From a virus (Duplodnaviria; Caudoviricetes), in the IMG/VR virus record IMGVR_UViG_3300037067_004901, positions 1 through 64,000 of that record: DNA of 64,000 bases, one strand, 5' to 3'. A model generated the notes under the pieces. That model saw only the letters and a program-made list of their open reading frames with translations, did no database searches and was not told the origin of the DNA. Positions 17,357-27,117 of the stretch are shown here, one piece after another (positions within the stretch are counted from its first letter, which is position 1; every line of letters begins with the position of its first letter). Both the position numbers and the translations under genes were made by a program.

Positions 17357-18056
17357 ATTTTTTCTCCATTTCTTTTGCTGTTAAAACTTCACCATTAACA
17401 ACTATCGCATCATTCTCTACTGGAAATATTATACGATGAGAAGGATAAAGCGTTTTCTCATTCATTATGTTTACAATTTCATATTCTGGTTCTACTATTT
17501 TTACCTTTCGTTCAACTTCTTTTTTGCACGTTTCTCGTAAATCTATATAACCTGTAGGTAATATTGCGATAGATAATTCTTGTGTGTTACCATTTTCATC
17601 GACACGTGCTATCATATCGCCATCTTTATTAATACAGATAGAAAATAAAACAGTATCTTTCGAAAGATGTTTTATACAATCTTCATCAACAGAAGACCAG
17701 CCGACAGAAAAATCATTATGAGAATGCCACCATAATTTCCAGTTTTGCGGGTCTTCATTTTTCTTAACTAAATCAACTACGAATTTTGCAAGCATATCCT
17801 CATTTAATTCTGTATATGCACTTGAACACTCTTGCTCAAATATCAATGCTCTTGTTACTATCGCTATCTCATCATTTATTATCTTTATTTTACCAAGTCC
17901 AGAAATCTCACCCTTCGCGGCTCTCGTATAATAATACATTTTTAAATATGGTATTAAACTGATTTTTAATTTCATATCATAAAGTCCCCAATCTTTATTT
18001 TTGCGTATTTTTCTTGTACGATGTAAGCGTAACTTTGTTAAGTCTTTTACTTTCAT
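17325..18056 (-). CDS. JAB/MPN+ metallopeptidase
   Basis: EISGLG and WWHSHNDFSVGWSSVD (HxH-x7-S-x2-D); start may be at 17975. Confidence 0.85.
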   Translation of the reverse strand: MKVKDLTKLRLHRTRKIRKNKDWGLYDMKLKISLIPYLKMYYYTRAAKGEISGLGKIKIINDEIAIVTRALIFEQECSSAYTELNEDMLAKFVVDLVKKNEDPQNWKLWWHSHNDFSVGWSSVDEDCIKHLSKDTVLFSICINKDGDMIARVDENGNTQELSIAILPTGYIDLRETCKKEVERKVKIVEPEYEIVNIMNEKTLYPSHRIIFPVENDAIVVNGEVLTAKEMEKKYGLSSTIFYD

Positions 18057-19132
18057 ACAACTTTCTCCAATCTTTCGTTTACACGATATGGTCTACCAAC
18101 TTTATGTATATTTTTACCATCTACTTCTACTATATCGCCTGTCGCTACTCTTGAAGTAAATACTTGTCCAACTCCAAGCATATCGAAAAGTTTTATATTT
18201 AATTCTTTTTCTGCCTGCACAAATGCTTTTGTTTTATCAGCGTTTGCAAAACCAGATGATAATACTATTTTCACATCTTCGCAATCAATATCATTCAAAA
18301 GTTTTCTTAAAAGATATGCACCTTTTAAAGAAACACCTTTTGAATTAGATGATGTTGGTAAAACACCTTGCATATAGTTTTCGCCACAAGTATCGATTCT
18401 AACTCCAAATAAATCTTCATCTAATTCAGCGATTACTCTAAAGGTATCTATTATTTCTTGATTCGCATAATCAATTAAAGCTATGCGTGGAACATCTTTA
18501 TCTATATGTTTATTAAATGCTTTCGTAGCCTCTACAACTGCATTTTCTATACCATATTTATAATGATAAATTGCTTCAAGTGCGTGTGGTATCGTTCCTA
18601 CACTATAAGAACCTACACTTGACGCACCAATACCAGTAGAGCAAGACTTCGCACCTGCTTCAAAGCACGCTTTAGATATTTCGAAATCTCTATCATATCG
18701 CCAATGTCTTGCGCCCATGTATATAACTGCTCTATTACCAACAAGTTCCACTATTTTAGCCATATTTGCAGATACTTCTTTTAAATTAATATCTTGCTTA
18801 TCATTCTGTAATGTAGTTTCTGCGCTTATAACACCAAGATACATAGTTTCTAAATCTATAATATCTTGTACCGGTGCTTTGATTGTCATTATCGTTTCGC
18901 AATTCTCGATAAATAAACCTTCTTTTAACGCCCATATTTCTGCGCTTGGGGCATATTTCTGTATTATTGCGATAGCTTCATCAACGCCATAAACATAACA
19001 TAGACCTTTTCTAATAAAAACCTGCAACATTACTTTTGGGTTTAAATTTTCTTTTTGAAGTATCTCTTTACTTCTCAAAAAATATTTATCTATGTATGGT
19101 CTATAATCATCTGGTAAATTAAAGTTTTTCAT
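18053..19132 (-). CDS. pncB: nicotinate phosphoribosyltransferase-like (type II PRTase)
   Basis: DKYF, ETMYLG, MGARH, GTIPHA, LIDY, GVRIDT, VLSSGF, GVG, KVGR. Confidence 0.82.
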   Translation of the reverse strand: MKNFNLPDDYRPYIDKYFLRSKEILQKENLNPKVMLQVFIRKGLCYVYGVDEAIAIIQKYAPSAEIWALKEGLFIENCETIMTIKAPVQDIIDLETMYLGVISAETTLQNDKQDINLKEVSANMAKIVELVGNRAVIYMGARHWRYDRDFEISKACFEAGAKSCSTGIGASSVGSYSVGTIPHALEAIYHYKYGIENAVVEATKAFNKHIDKDVPRIALIDYANQEIIDTFRVIAELDEDLFGVRIDTCGENYMQGVLPTSSNSKGVSLKGAYLLRKLLNDIDCEDVKIVLSSGFANADKTKAFVQAEKELNIKLFDMLGVGQVFTSRVATGDIVEVDGKNIHKVGRPYRVNERLEKVV

Positions 19133-19486
19133 ATACCAAACCTTTCTACGAAATATTCCATTATTTCATATTGTATTTGAGTATTTAAATCAGCATTGAC
19201 ATTTTGTAATCTTTCGTCTACTAATGAATATATATCGTCTCTAAGAGCTTCAAAAAATTCTTTCGGATTTTTACAAATAGCTAAAATTAAACCAGACCTT
19301 AGTTCTTTTTCTACAACTACTTTTGTCATAGCATCTCCTTAAACTACAAAATCATGCTTTGTTAAACGCTTTTGTCTTACCGATAATATTTTCGTTTCTA
19401 TTTTTTCATACATTTGTCTATCTAAAATTTCTATAAAATCCTTGCTGACTTGTTTATTATATTTTTTGGCTAATTCTTTTAAAGTT

Positions 19487-19765
19487 TTAACTACTAATAT
19501 CTTGGCCATCTATTATCTCCTGTTCAGAATTTTCTTCGTAATCATCATATTCTTGCTGTTCTTTTTTTGTGAAACTACCTTTTAAGAAAAACGGTTCAGA
19601 GCAATCTCCACAATCTAAAAATGCTCTATGCTTTTTGAAATCAACATATATATATAAATTTGCCTCCGGCAAATCTGTAACGTTTACATCAAATATACCA
19701 GCGGCTATCTCACCGCCGATACATTCGAATCCAAAAGATTCGAATAATTTTATTCTATCTTGCAC
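19487..19765 (-). CDS. hypothetical protein
   Basis: ORF with GAGAGG RBS. Confidence 0.5.
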   Translation of the reverse strand: MQDRIKLFESFGFECIGGEIAAGIFDVNVTDLPEANLYIYVDFKKHRAFLDCGDCSEPFFLKGSFTKKEQQEYDDYEENSEQEIIDGQDISS

Positions 19766-19783
19766 ATAACACCTCTCTTTCCG

Positions 19784-20437
19784 CTACTTCGTTAAAAACA
19801 TATAATTAGTTATATCGGCTATTACTTCACGATAATATGATTGATTTTCCAAAACACGTTTTATTTGATTACAAATAGTCGATACTAAGAACCCAACTCC
19901 ATATATAATGGCTGAAGCTGTGCAAGTTGTTTGCTCTGAATGCTCATCTGGATAATAATGTTTTTCCCAAAAAGCTTGTTCGCATTTTAAGCGCATATCA
20001 ATAGTATAAACTCTATACTGTTCTGCACTTGCACGAGGGTCTATTACCCAATGCACATCTTTCATAGTTTTACAATATTCAAATATTTCTTTTCTGCATT
20101 TCATCGTATCAACACCGATTACGACTATACCTTTTAATGCTTGTTTTTCATACTTACAATTTTCAAATTTTATTTTTACTCCGCTAAAATCTTCGCATAT
20201 TTTCGACGTTTGCTCTGCTTTATATAAATTTAAATCTTGACGCTTAAAAAGCTGATTGGAAAAATTATGTTCTTCTACAAAGTCAAAATCATAAATCTTG
20301 ATATTGTTGCAACCCATCTTAGTCAAGAAGAAAGCTAAAATACTACCAGTTGCACCAGCCCCAATAATATTTATTTCTGCGTTATGATTTGCTGGTTTAA
20401 ATAAATCTAATTGTCTTAAATGCGTTTGAACTGGCAT
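19784..20437 (-). CDS. ThiF/E1-like activating enzyme
   Basis: IIGAGATGS, DFDFVEEHNFSNQ, GVDTMKCR; putative catalytic Cys in TTCT. Confidence 0.88.
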   Translation of the reverse strand: MPVQTHLRQLDLFKPANHNAEINIIGAGATGSILAFFLTKMGCNNIKIYDFDFVEEHNFSNQLFKRQDLNLYKAEQTSKICEDFSGVKIKFENCKYEKQALKGIVVIGVDTMKCRKEIFEYCKTMKDVHWVIDPRASAEQYRVYTIDMRLKCEQAFWEKHYYPDEHSEQTTCTASAIIYGVGFLVSTICNQIKRVLENQSYYREVIADITNYMFLTK

Positions 20438-20451
20438 TTATAACCTTTCTT

Positions 20452-21573
20452 TTAAGTATTATAAAGTATATGTCTATCTTTTTCTGTAAGTGTTATATCG
20501 TTTGCTTCTTCGTTATTATCAAAATATTTTGGGTCTGCGTATGGCATAAGCCCTGATTTTTCTATTTCATCGATAGTCAATTTTTTATTATCTTTATTAT
20601 AAACGTTATACATTTTTATTTCGCTATCCCACACAAAAGCAAAACCATCTAGCGTAAAATGATTACCAAAAATCTGCAACTGCATTGCGTTTAATTCTTC
20701 GATATCAATTGTAATGTCCGCATTTTTTTTAAATAAATCTGGTGGTACTCTTGCTTCTTCATCTATTTGTGCTTGAGCGTCATTTTTAGAAGCATCTGTC
20801 ATATAACCACGTTCACGATGTTCGTCTCTATAATCGTGAATGTTAGTAAACCCAGTTACTACTCTGCTCTTTTCTTTAAATACCTTTTGTTTAATTTCTT
20901 CTTGGCACGTTTTAAGTAACTGCTCTAACTCATCATTATCTATCATAACTACTTTTACGTTGTCTATTTTAAATTCTATTGGTTGATAGACATTTAATTT
21001 GCACTTAATTTCACCTTTATGATTTATGACTAATGAAATCATATAATCACAAACACTTTCACGACCGGTTTGCTCATCACGATTAGACCAGAACGCTCCC
21101 ATATGAGCGTGTGAATGCCACCAAAATTTAAGTTTACTTGGGTCTTTGCCCTCACTAATTAAACGTTGCATTAAAGCGCATTGGTCGTCAATATCCAATA
21201 CACAGCTTGAGCTTGTTACTGTTTGTTTTAAAAGATATATATCAACTATTCTAAATGTAAATTGACTAATACGCTCGACATAGCCAAGACCGGTTATTTC
21301 ATCATCTAATAATTTACAGTAACTATACATCTTATAATATATGTCTCTCGGAATCTCTATTCTCATCGATGATTCATATTGCATATCTTTTCCATCTGAT
21401 AATATTAAATTCGTTCTCAATTCATCGACATCTATTTTGTCAGATGGTGTTACAGCTTCAAGCGTAGCTTCTGTCTTATTATCTGTTGTAACTGGTATTA
21501 CCCCTACACAATTAACTAATGATTTCTGTGTGTCGTTAGAACTACCTCTAAAGCGTCTGTTCTTTCTTCTCAT
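20452..21573 (-). CDS. JAB/MPN+ metallopeptidase
   Basis: EITGLG and WWHSHAHMGAFWSNRD. Confidence 0.85.
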   Translation of the reverse strand: MRRKNRRFRGSSNDTQKSLVNCVGVIPVTTDNKTEATLEAVTPSDKIDVDELRTNLILSDGKDMQYESSMRIEIPRDIYYKMYSYCKLLDDEITGLGYVERISQFTFRIVDIYLLKQTVTSSSCVLDIDDQCALMQRLISEGKDPSKLKFWWHSHAHMGAFWSNRDEQTGRESVCDYMISLVINHKGEIKCKLNVYQPIEFKIDNVKVVMIDNDELEQLLKTCQEEIKQKVFKEKSRVVTGFTNIHDYRDEHRERGYMTDASKNDAQAQIDEEARVPPDLFKKNADITIDIEELNAMQLQIFGNHFTLDGFAFVWDSEIKMYNVYNKDNKKLTIDEIEKSGLMPYADPKYFDNNEEANDITLTEKDRHILYNT

Positions 21574-22997
21574 AATGAATCAACTCCTACTGTTATATTA
21601 TAGTTACACCCATTATCTTCTGTTTGATACGAACATTCATTGCAATTTATATCTTCCATTAAGTGATGCGTTGATGGACATCGTGCGCATTCGCAACGAT
21701 TTACTGCTCTATCGCATTTTCTACAAATATTCTGTCCGCAAGCGCATTCTTCTAATTCTCTATCGCAATTATCACACCATGCAATACCTTGACCCCAACC
21801 AATTGCAAGCTTTTTATATGGTCTTCCACCGCTCTCATTTACATATGTGCAAAGATATGTATGCAATAAATCAAATAACGGTAAAAACATAAAATTCTTT
21901 ATCATTTCTTGCACTTGTTCTTTAATATTTCCAAGACATGGTGCTTGATTATGAACGTGTGGGTGGTCATATGGGTCATTCTCTATCATATAAGGAGAAG
22001 TTAAGTTTTTCATTGTAACAGTTCCATCTAACTTAACAACTACTTTAAATTCTCCTACTTTAAATGTTTTCTTACGATATGTAATTTCGATAGCATGAGT
22101 ATAACCAGTTATACATTGTCCGTCTGGAGCAAAATCAAATGTTTTATATTTATTTGCTGTAAGAAGTGGTTCTAACATCTTCGTTACGCATTCTATATCT
22201 GAATCGTGTTTATTTTTATGAAATCTTTTTTCGGTTGATTCTTGCAATGCTACATTCGCTTCAATATCTCGTTCAAGTTTTTGAACCGCCCGATAATGAC
22301 TATAAATTTCTTCTTGTAATTCATCAATTTTTTGCTTTGTCATTCTATGGAAGTTTTGCTTTAATGCCTTAAAGAAAGTCATATATCTATCTAAAACACG
22401 TCTATCAAAACTAAAACGCCTATTAAGCGCACCTCCTTTTTCCATTATTTCATATGCTTTTAATGCGTCAACAAGAAAACTTTTGCGCATAAATTCATCA
22501 TTTAGCTGAGATGGTTCACTGATTAAATCGGTACAAAATACAATTTCATCCTGCATAGCAAATGCTATAAATACCTCTTGATTTTTAGACGATAAATATA
22601 ATGCTTGCATTGGAGAATGAGACATAAAACAACTTATTGTTACATCTTTTACAAAACGTAATATGATTTCTCCGATTGAAGAAGAATTAGATTTCTTTGT
22701 ATATTCATCTAATATTGTAAGATTATAACAATCGCTATTATTGAATGTTCCTAAATTAATTGGAACATAAATCATTAATTTATTTTTTGATACTTTAGCA
22801 GGATTCAAGTAGAAATCTCTATTTAATCCTACAACTTCAATTTTTTTCTTTAATTTTTTAGCATATTTTTCTAATATCGGAATTATTTCTTTCACTACTG
22901 ATATATTAGTAAAAGAAACGATGCTATCGTTTTTTTCTTTGTTATCTGTTTTTTCTATCGCTATTGCACTTGTTTCTCTTCCAACTTCGATAGCCAT
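21570..22997 (-). CDS. prokaryotic E2-like protein with coiled coil and Cys-rich tail
   Basis: HPHVHNQAPCLGN resembles the E2 HPN..ICL signature; located between Ubl and JAB/E1. Confidence 0.7.
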   Translation of the reverse strand: MAIEVGRETSAIAIEKTDNKEKNDSIVSFTNISVVKEIIPILEKYAKKLKKKIEVVGLNRDFYLNPAKVSKNKLMIYVPINLGTFNNSDCYNLTILDEYTKKSNSSSIGEIILRFVKDVTISCFMSHSPMQALYLSSKNQEVFIAFAMQDEIVFCTDLISEPSQLNDEFMRKSFLVDALKAYEIMEKGGALNRRFSFDRRVLDRYMTFFKALKQNFHRMTKQKIDELQEEIYSHYRAVQKLERDIEANVALQESTEKRFHKNKHDSDIECVTKMLEPLLTANKYKTFDFAPDGQCITGYTHAIEITYRKKTFKVGEFKVVVKLDGTVTMKNLTSPYMIENDPYDHPHVHNQAPCLGNIKEQVQEMIKNFMFLPLFDLLHTYLCTYVNESGGRPYKKLAIGWGQGIAWCDNCDRELEECACGQNICRKCDRAVNRCECARCPSTHHLMEDINCNECSYQTEDNGCNYNITVGVDSL

Positions 22998-23025
22998 AAA
23001 ATCTCCTATTTTAATATATAAAGAA

Positions 23026-23061
23026 AATATAGGACGAGCAGAGCTAAACTCGTCCTATATT
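23026..23061 (-). promoter_or_regulatory. 13-bp perfect hairpin downstream of the Ubl gene
   Basis: AATATAGGACGAG / CTCGTCCTATATT. Confidence 0.65.
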
Positions 23062-23089
23062 GAAGAATTATTAGAACTTTACTTTTTTG

Positions 23090-23296
23090 TTAATTCCCTT
23101 TTACTTGCGGAATAACGAAAATTGTATCGTTCGGATCAAGCGTATCTTCAAGTTCCGCTACTTCATTGTTAACCCTTATTTCTTTCGCAACATCAATACG
23201 TGCTCCCGCTTTACGAAGCGCGGTTTCGATTGTCGCGTTTTCTGAAACTTCTACATCTGCCATTATTCCGCCTTGCTCTACAACTCTTACTTTCAT
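23090..23296 (-). CDS. ubiquitin-like beta-grasp protein ending in KG-N
   Basis: IRVNNE...LDPNDTIFVIPQVKGN; first gene of the Ubl-E2-JAB-E1 operon. Confidence 0.8.
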   Translation of the reverse strand: MKVRVVEQGGIMADVEVSENATIETALRKAGARIDVAKEIRVNNEVAELEDTLDPNDTIFVIPQVKGN

Positions 23297-23504
23297 TTTT
23301 GTCTCCTTTCGACAAATTGTATGTTTAGTTTTATCTTTATATCATATAGACGGTTTTTTTTATTTATCGCCTCGCTTTCTTTCTATACAATACGCAGACA
23401 GGAAACTAAACTTTATAACCTGTCACGCTTTCTACAAATAAATTCGCTACTCATAACCGATAATGAGTAGCATATAGACATATTTCTTCTACTGTATTTT
23501 GTCA

Positions 23505-23533
23505 AGTATATCATAAATTAAATGAAAAGTCAA
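23505..23533 (-). promoter_or_regulatory. sigma70 promoter of the Ubl operon
   Basis: TTGACT-17-TATACT with extended TG. Confidence 0.7.
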
Positions 23534-23546
23534 TAACTCTGTTACC

Positions 23547-23798
23547 CTAAACGACAGCTTGAATTTTGTTATGTTTCTCTGCTTCAATAAATCGTTTTAT
23601 GTGTTTACATTTACGTTGTGTCGCAACAAAAATCGGGCAACTACATACATATCTATAATGCTTTTTATCCCTTTTTCTTATCTTTGCTACCATATACTCT
23701 GTATCTTCTTTTGTTTCTGATGGAATCAGTGCATACTTTCTTGCACCAAAACGATTTCTTGCTGACATTGTTTGTTTTACTTTTAGTTTTGCTGACAT
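23547..23798 (-). CDS. SWIM zinc-finger protein
   Basis: CSCP...CKH. Confidence 0.75.
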   Translation of the reverse strand: MSAKLKVKQTMSARNRFGARKYALIPSETKEDTEYMVAKIRKRDKKHYRYVCSCPIFVATQRKCKHIKRFIEAEKHNKIQAVV

Positions 23799-23812
23799 AA
23801 ATATTCTCCTTT

Positions 23813-24877
23813 CTAATAACTTGATTCTATTAACTCGTTAGTTCTGAAAAGCTCCAAGATGATTATGCTTATAATAATAGAAGCTATAAATAATATAATT
23901 AAAAATATAGATGGTAACTCTACACGTAAATATTCAAACTTGCTAAAATTCTCCTCTATAAACCCTCTTTCTTTAATATCGTTATACACTATCGATATAA
24001 TAGAATCAAAGTTTTTTAAGTCGTGATGTTTATCCATAATATCATACTTAATCTTTGAACGTAAATATTCGTTTCCCCAACATACTACATCTGCATTATG
24101 TAATATATTTTTTTCATCCACAAAAAGAAGTACAATGCAATCATTTGCTTGACCACCACGCCATTGATTTTTAAGATAATCGTAATATGTTTCTGGCAGT
24201 GTCGTTATTATAAATCCTATATTAATGTTATATCTATTTAACATAGAATTTATTAAATTAACTTTTGCGTGATAGTCTTTATCTAACTTGACATTACCTA
24301 TTACTGTTACACGATTTATATCAAAAAGATTATAAATCTTTGGTGTATGAGGTATTGGGAATTGACTTTGCTTTATTTTCTTAAACAACGTATTACGATT
24401 GCGTTTAATTGGATTTTTGTATGTTTCTATCCATGCGGCAATTTCTCCAATAGAAGTTGCGTTATATTTACTACTATCGCAATCTAAAACGATTCCATTA
24501 TTTGAACCAATAAGTTCCCCATCATAATATGATTTTTGTTTTGTTACATTCATAACTTTTTGCTGTGCTACAAAAATCACGTAATCATCCGGTACTGTTA
24601 CTGTATATGTTTCAAGCGATGTATCACCATCACTATCGGTAGTCATGCGCACTCTTGTTTCTTCGTGTTCTGGGATATAACGTTTACCAACAGTATAACC
24701 GCTTATTATTTTTTTATCATTTGTATTAACAGTGCTAAAGATAGCAACGGATGCGAATGTTAAAGCAACTATAATAGCAAGTGTAATGGCGAATTCTAAA
24801 AAAGTAATGTCTCGATGAAACTTTATTTTATAAAATATCGCTATTACAAATGGTATAATTAACGCAAAATAATGCAT
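23813..24877 (-). CDS. membrane protein, partner of the LemA-like gene
   Basis: N- and C-terminal TM segments, WRGGQAND motif; coupled to the LemA-like ORF. Confidence 0.65.
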   Translation of the reverse strand: MHYFALIIPFVIAIFYKIKFHRDITFLEFAITLAIIVALTFASVAIFSTVNTNDKKIISGYTVGKRYIPEHEETRVRMTTDSDGDTSLETYTVTVPDDYVIFVAQQKVMNVTKQKSYYDGELIGSNNGIVLDCDSSKYNATSIGEIAAWIETYKNPIKRNRNTLFKKIKQSQFPIPHTPKIYNLFDINRVTVIGNVKLDKDYHAKVNLINSMLNRYNINIGFIITTLPETYYDYLKNQWRGGQANDCIVLLFVDEKNILHNADVVCWGNEYLRSKIKYDIMDKHHDLKNFDSIISIVYNDIKERGFIEENFSKFEYLRVELPSIFLIILFIASIIISIIILELFRTNELIESSY

Positions 24878-25416
24878 TAAAACACCCCCACAGTTTTATC
24901 CTTTCCGCTATCAAAGACTTCTTGCACTTCACTTATTATCGGAGTTGTCGGTGTTTTCTTTGTCTTGTGCATAAATGTTTTATTTATGATATTATTTGGG
25001 AATATAGATATATAAGTATTATATTCTCTTACAGTATCTATATGTATTTTTTGTATCATATAAATTTCGTTTCTTCCAGATACAATTATTCTTTGCAATT
25101 CTATAAATGTCGATTGCTCTATCGGAAGATTAGCTTCTACAATAAGTTTTGCCATTTCATTTCCAGATTTTCTTCCGGAAATAATTAGTTCGTATATTTC
25201 TTTCAGTTTAGCTATCTGCTGTGTCGGAACTTGCGCACTTTCTTTTACCTGATTAAAATACTTATTATAGTTTGCTGTCATATCGCTTACTTGTGCTGTA
25301 ATGGTATTATCAAAAGCGACAACAGCATTATTAAAACTGATTATATTGGCAACTGCCACTAACGCTAACATCGCTATTGCTATAACAATAGTAATTAAAA
25401 TTTTTGATGCTTTCAT
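24877..25416 (-). CDS. LemA-like protein
   Basis: N-terminal TM, ISFNN, EANLPI...LQRII.SGRN, YNTYISIFPNNI. Confidence 0.65.
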   Translation of the reverse strand: MKASKILITIVIAIAMLALVAVANIISFNNAVVAFDNTITAQVSDMTANYNKYFNQVKESAQVPTQQIAKLKEIYELIISGRKSGNEMAKLIVEANLPIEQSTFIELQRIIVSGRNEIYMIQKIHIDTVREYNTYISIFPNNIINKTFMHKTKKTPTTPIISEVQEVFDSGKDKTVGVF

Positions 25417-26550
25417 TTTTTCTCCTTTTTTATGGTCAACTGTTAAATTTTACCGATTAATACAAACATTTTTAAAAAAACTAAACTAGATTACTCCTTT
25501 CTACGATTAACTCGTTGTTATTATCTGTATCTTTTCTTTTTCTGGCATTTTACAGAACTTTCTAATTCTGCGCACTACCATTGTGCGACAATTATTATAA
25601 CCACCAAAATATGATATTTTTTCTTTCGGCGTTTTTAACGTAAAAGACTTTTTTAACATTGGTGGTAGCATTATTTCTATCATAGCTTTTTGAATATTAC
25701 GAGTTGCGTCTGCTATAAATTTATCTTTGCTTTTTTTATCTATATCTAAAATAGGACAATTTTCGCACTTAGCTTTGTCAATTTCAAATTTTATAATATC
25801 ATACATTGTTATTTCCGACATCTCATTTCTCCTTTTGTAGTCTGTATTTAATAGCATAATATCGTTTACGTAATTCATTAAGTTTACAATGTCGTAAACT
25901 TTTTTTTGCAATAAATCGTTTTAAAAAATCTATAAACTCACTTCTGTATTTCGGAGCATAAAAATCTCTAAATAAAGTTTGCGACATATGAATTAACCTT
26001 TAGATTTAAAACGTTCATATTTTTTTTCTAAAATATATTCTTGCTCAGATACCTTAACGAAAACTTGTATATAAGCAAATCTTATTTCTTCTTGTCCTTT
26101 ATGAATATGCGCTACTCTTGCGCCACAACCATCGTGTGTTATGTCTATCACAGTTGCGTATGGACTTTCACCATCTACAATATCAGCAATTTGCACAACT
26201 TTGTCATTTTTTTTAATTTTTATTTCATACATATCACAAATCTTCCGATATTTGTTTTATTATATTACTTAACTCGTCATAACTCATAGTGTTTAAAGTA
26301 TCCGTATAAATTGGAGAAAATTCTTTTATAAAATCGCGCATTATCTTTAATTCTCTCGTTTGCCTTTTTTTGATTACTTTATCTGCTATGCTATTTTTAG
26401 TATTATCTTCTGTTATTATCTTAACGATTTCAAAAGAATCCTCTACATACTCTTTCGGTAGTTCTACGTTTCTTAAAAAACTTCTCGCATCGACTTTTTC
26501 TGGTATATCAAATTGAAGATTAACATTTACTATACCTATACGTTTCATTT

Positions 26551-27117
26551 TTATACCTTTCTATTCATACAGCATTTTTTATATTTTTTACCGCTACCAC
26601 ATACGCATAAATCGTTACGACCAACTTTTTCTTGTTTCTTGTGAGCGAAATCAGTTATTAATAGACCATTCATATGCGCTATTTCGTGCTGAATAACTAA
26701 TGCTTCGAGTGCGCTGAAATAAGCTCGCTTTTCTTTCTTCTCGTCGAAGTCAATCCACTTTACCACTATCTCTGCGTATCTATCTGTGTCAACAAGAATA
26801 TCGGGTAAAGACAGACATCCTTCATTTTGCAAAGTCATAAGTGTTTCTTGTTTCTCAATAACTGGATTTATCATATTGAGATTCAGTTCTTTACCATTTT
26901 CATGCTTTAATCTAATAACACACGCTCTTATTGCAAAATCAATTTGTATAGCTGTAAGACCAACACCCGGTCTACCTTTATGTTCACTATCTTTTAAAGC
27001 GTCTTGTAGTCTATCAAATATAGAAATTGTTTGACATTGCTCGATACTCGTTTCTCGTGAAATCTTACGCAACTGCGATATATCTGTTATAATCATATTA
27101 ACCTCATATATAAACAC
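26551..27117 (-). CDS. def: peptide deformylase with C-terminal SEC-C motif
   Basis: GVGLTAIQ, EGCLS, QHEIAH; GRNDLCVCGSGKKYKKCC. Confidence 0.9.
   Translation of the reverse strand: MFIYEVNMIITDISQLRKISRETSIEQCQTISIFDRLQDALKDSEHKGRPGVGLTAIQIDFAIRACVIRLKHENGKELNLNMINPVIEKQETLMTLQNEGCLSLPDILVDTDRYAEIVVKWIDFDEKKEKRAYFSALEALVIQHEIAHMNGLLITDFAHKKQEKVGRNDLCVCGSGKKYKKCCMNRKV

Noticed and set aside
16697-20437. Thiamine or molybdopterin biosynthesis role for the ThiF genes
   Set aside because: No thiG or moaE genes; the context is JAB, E2 and Ubl
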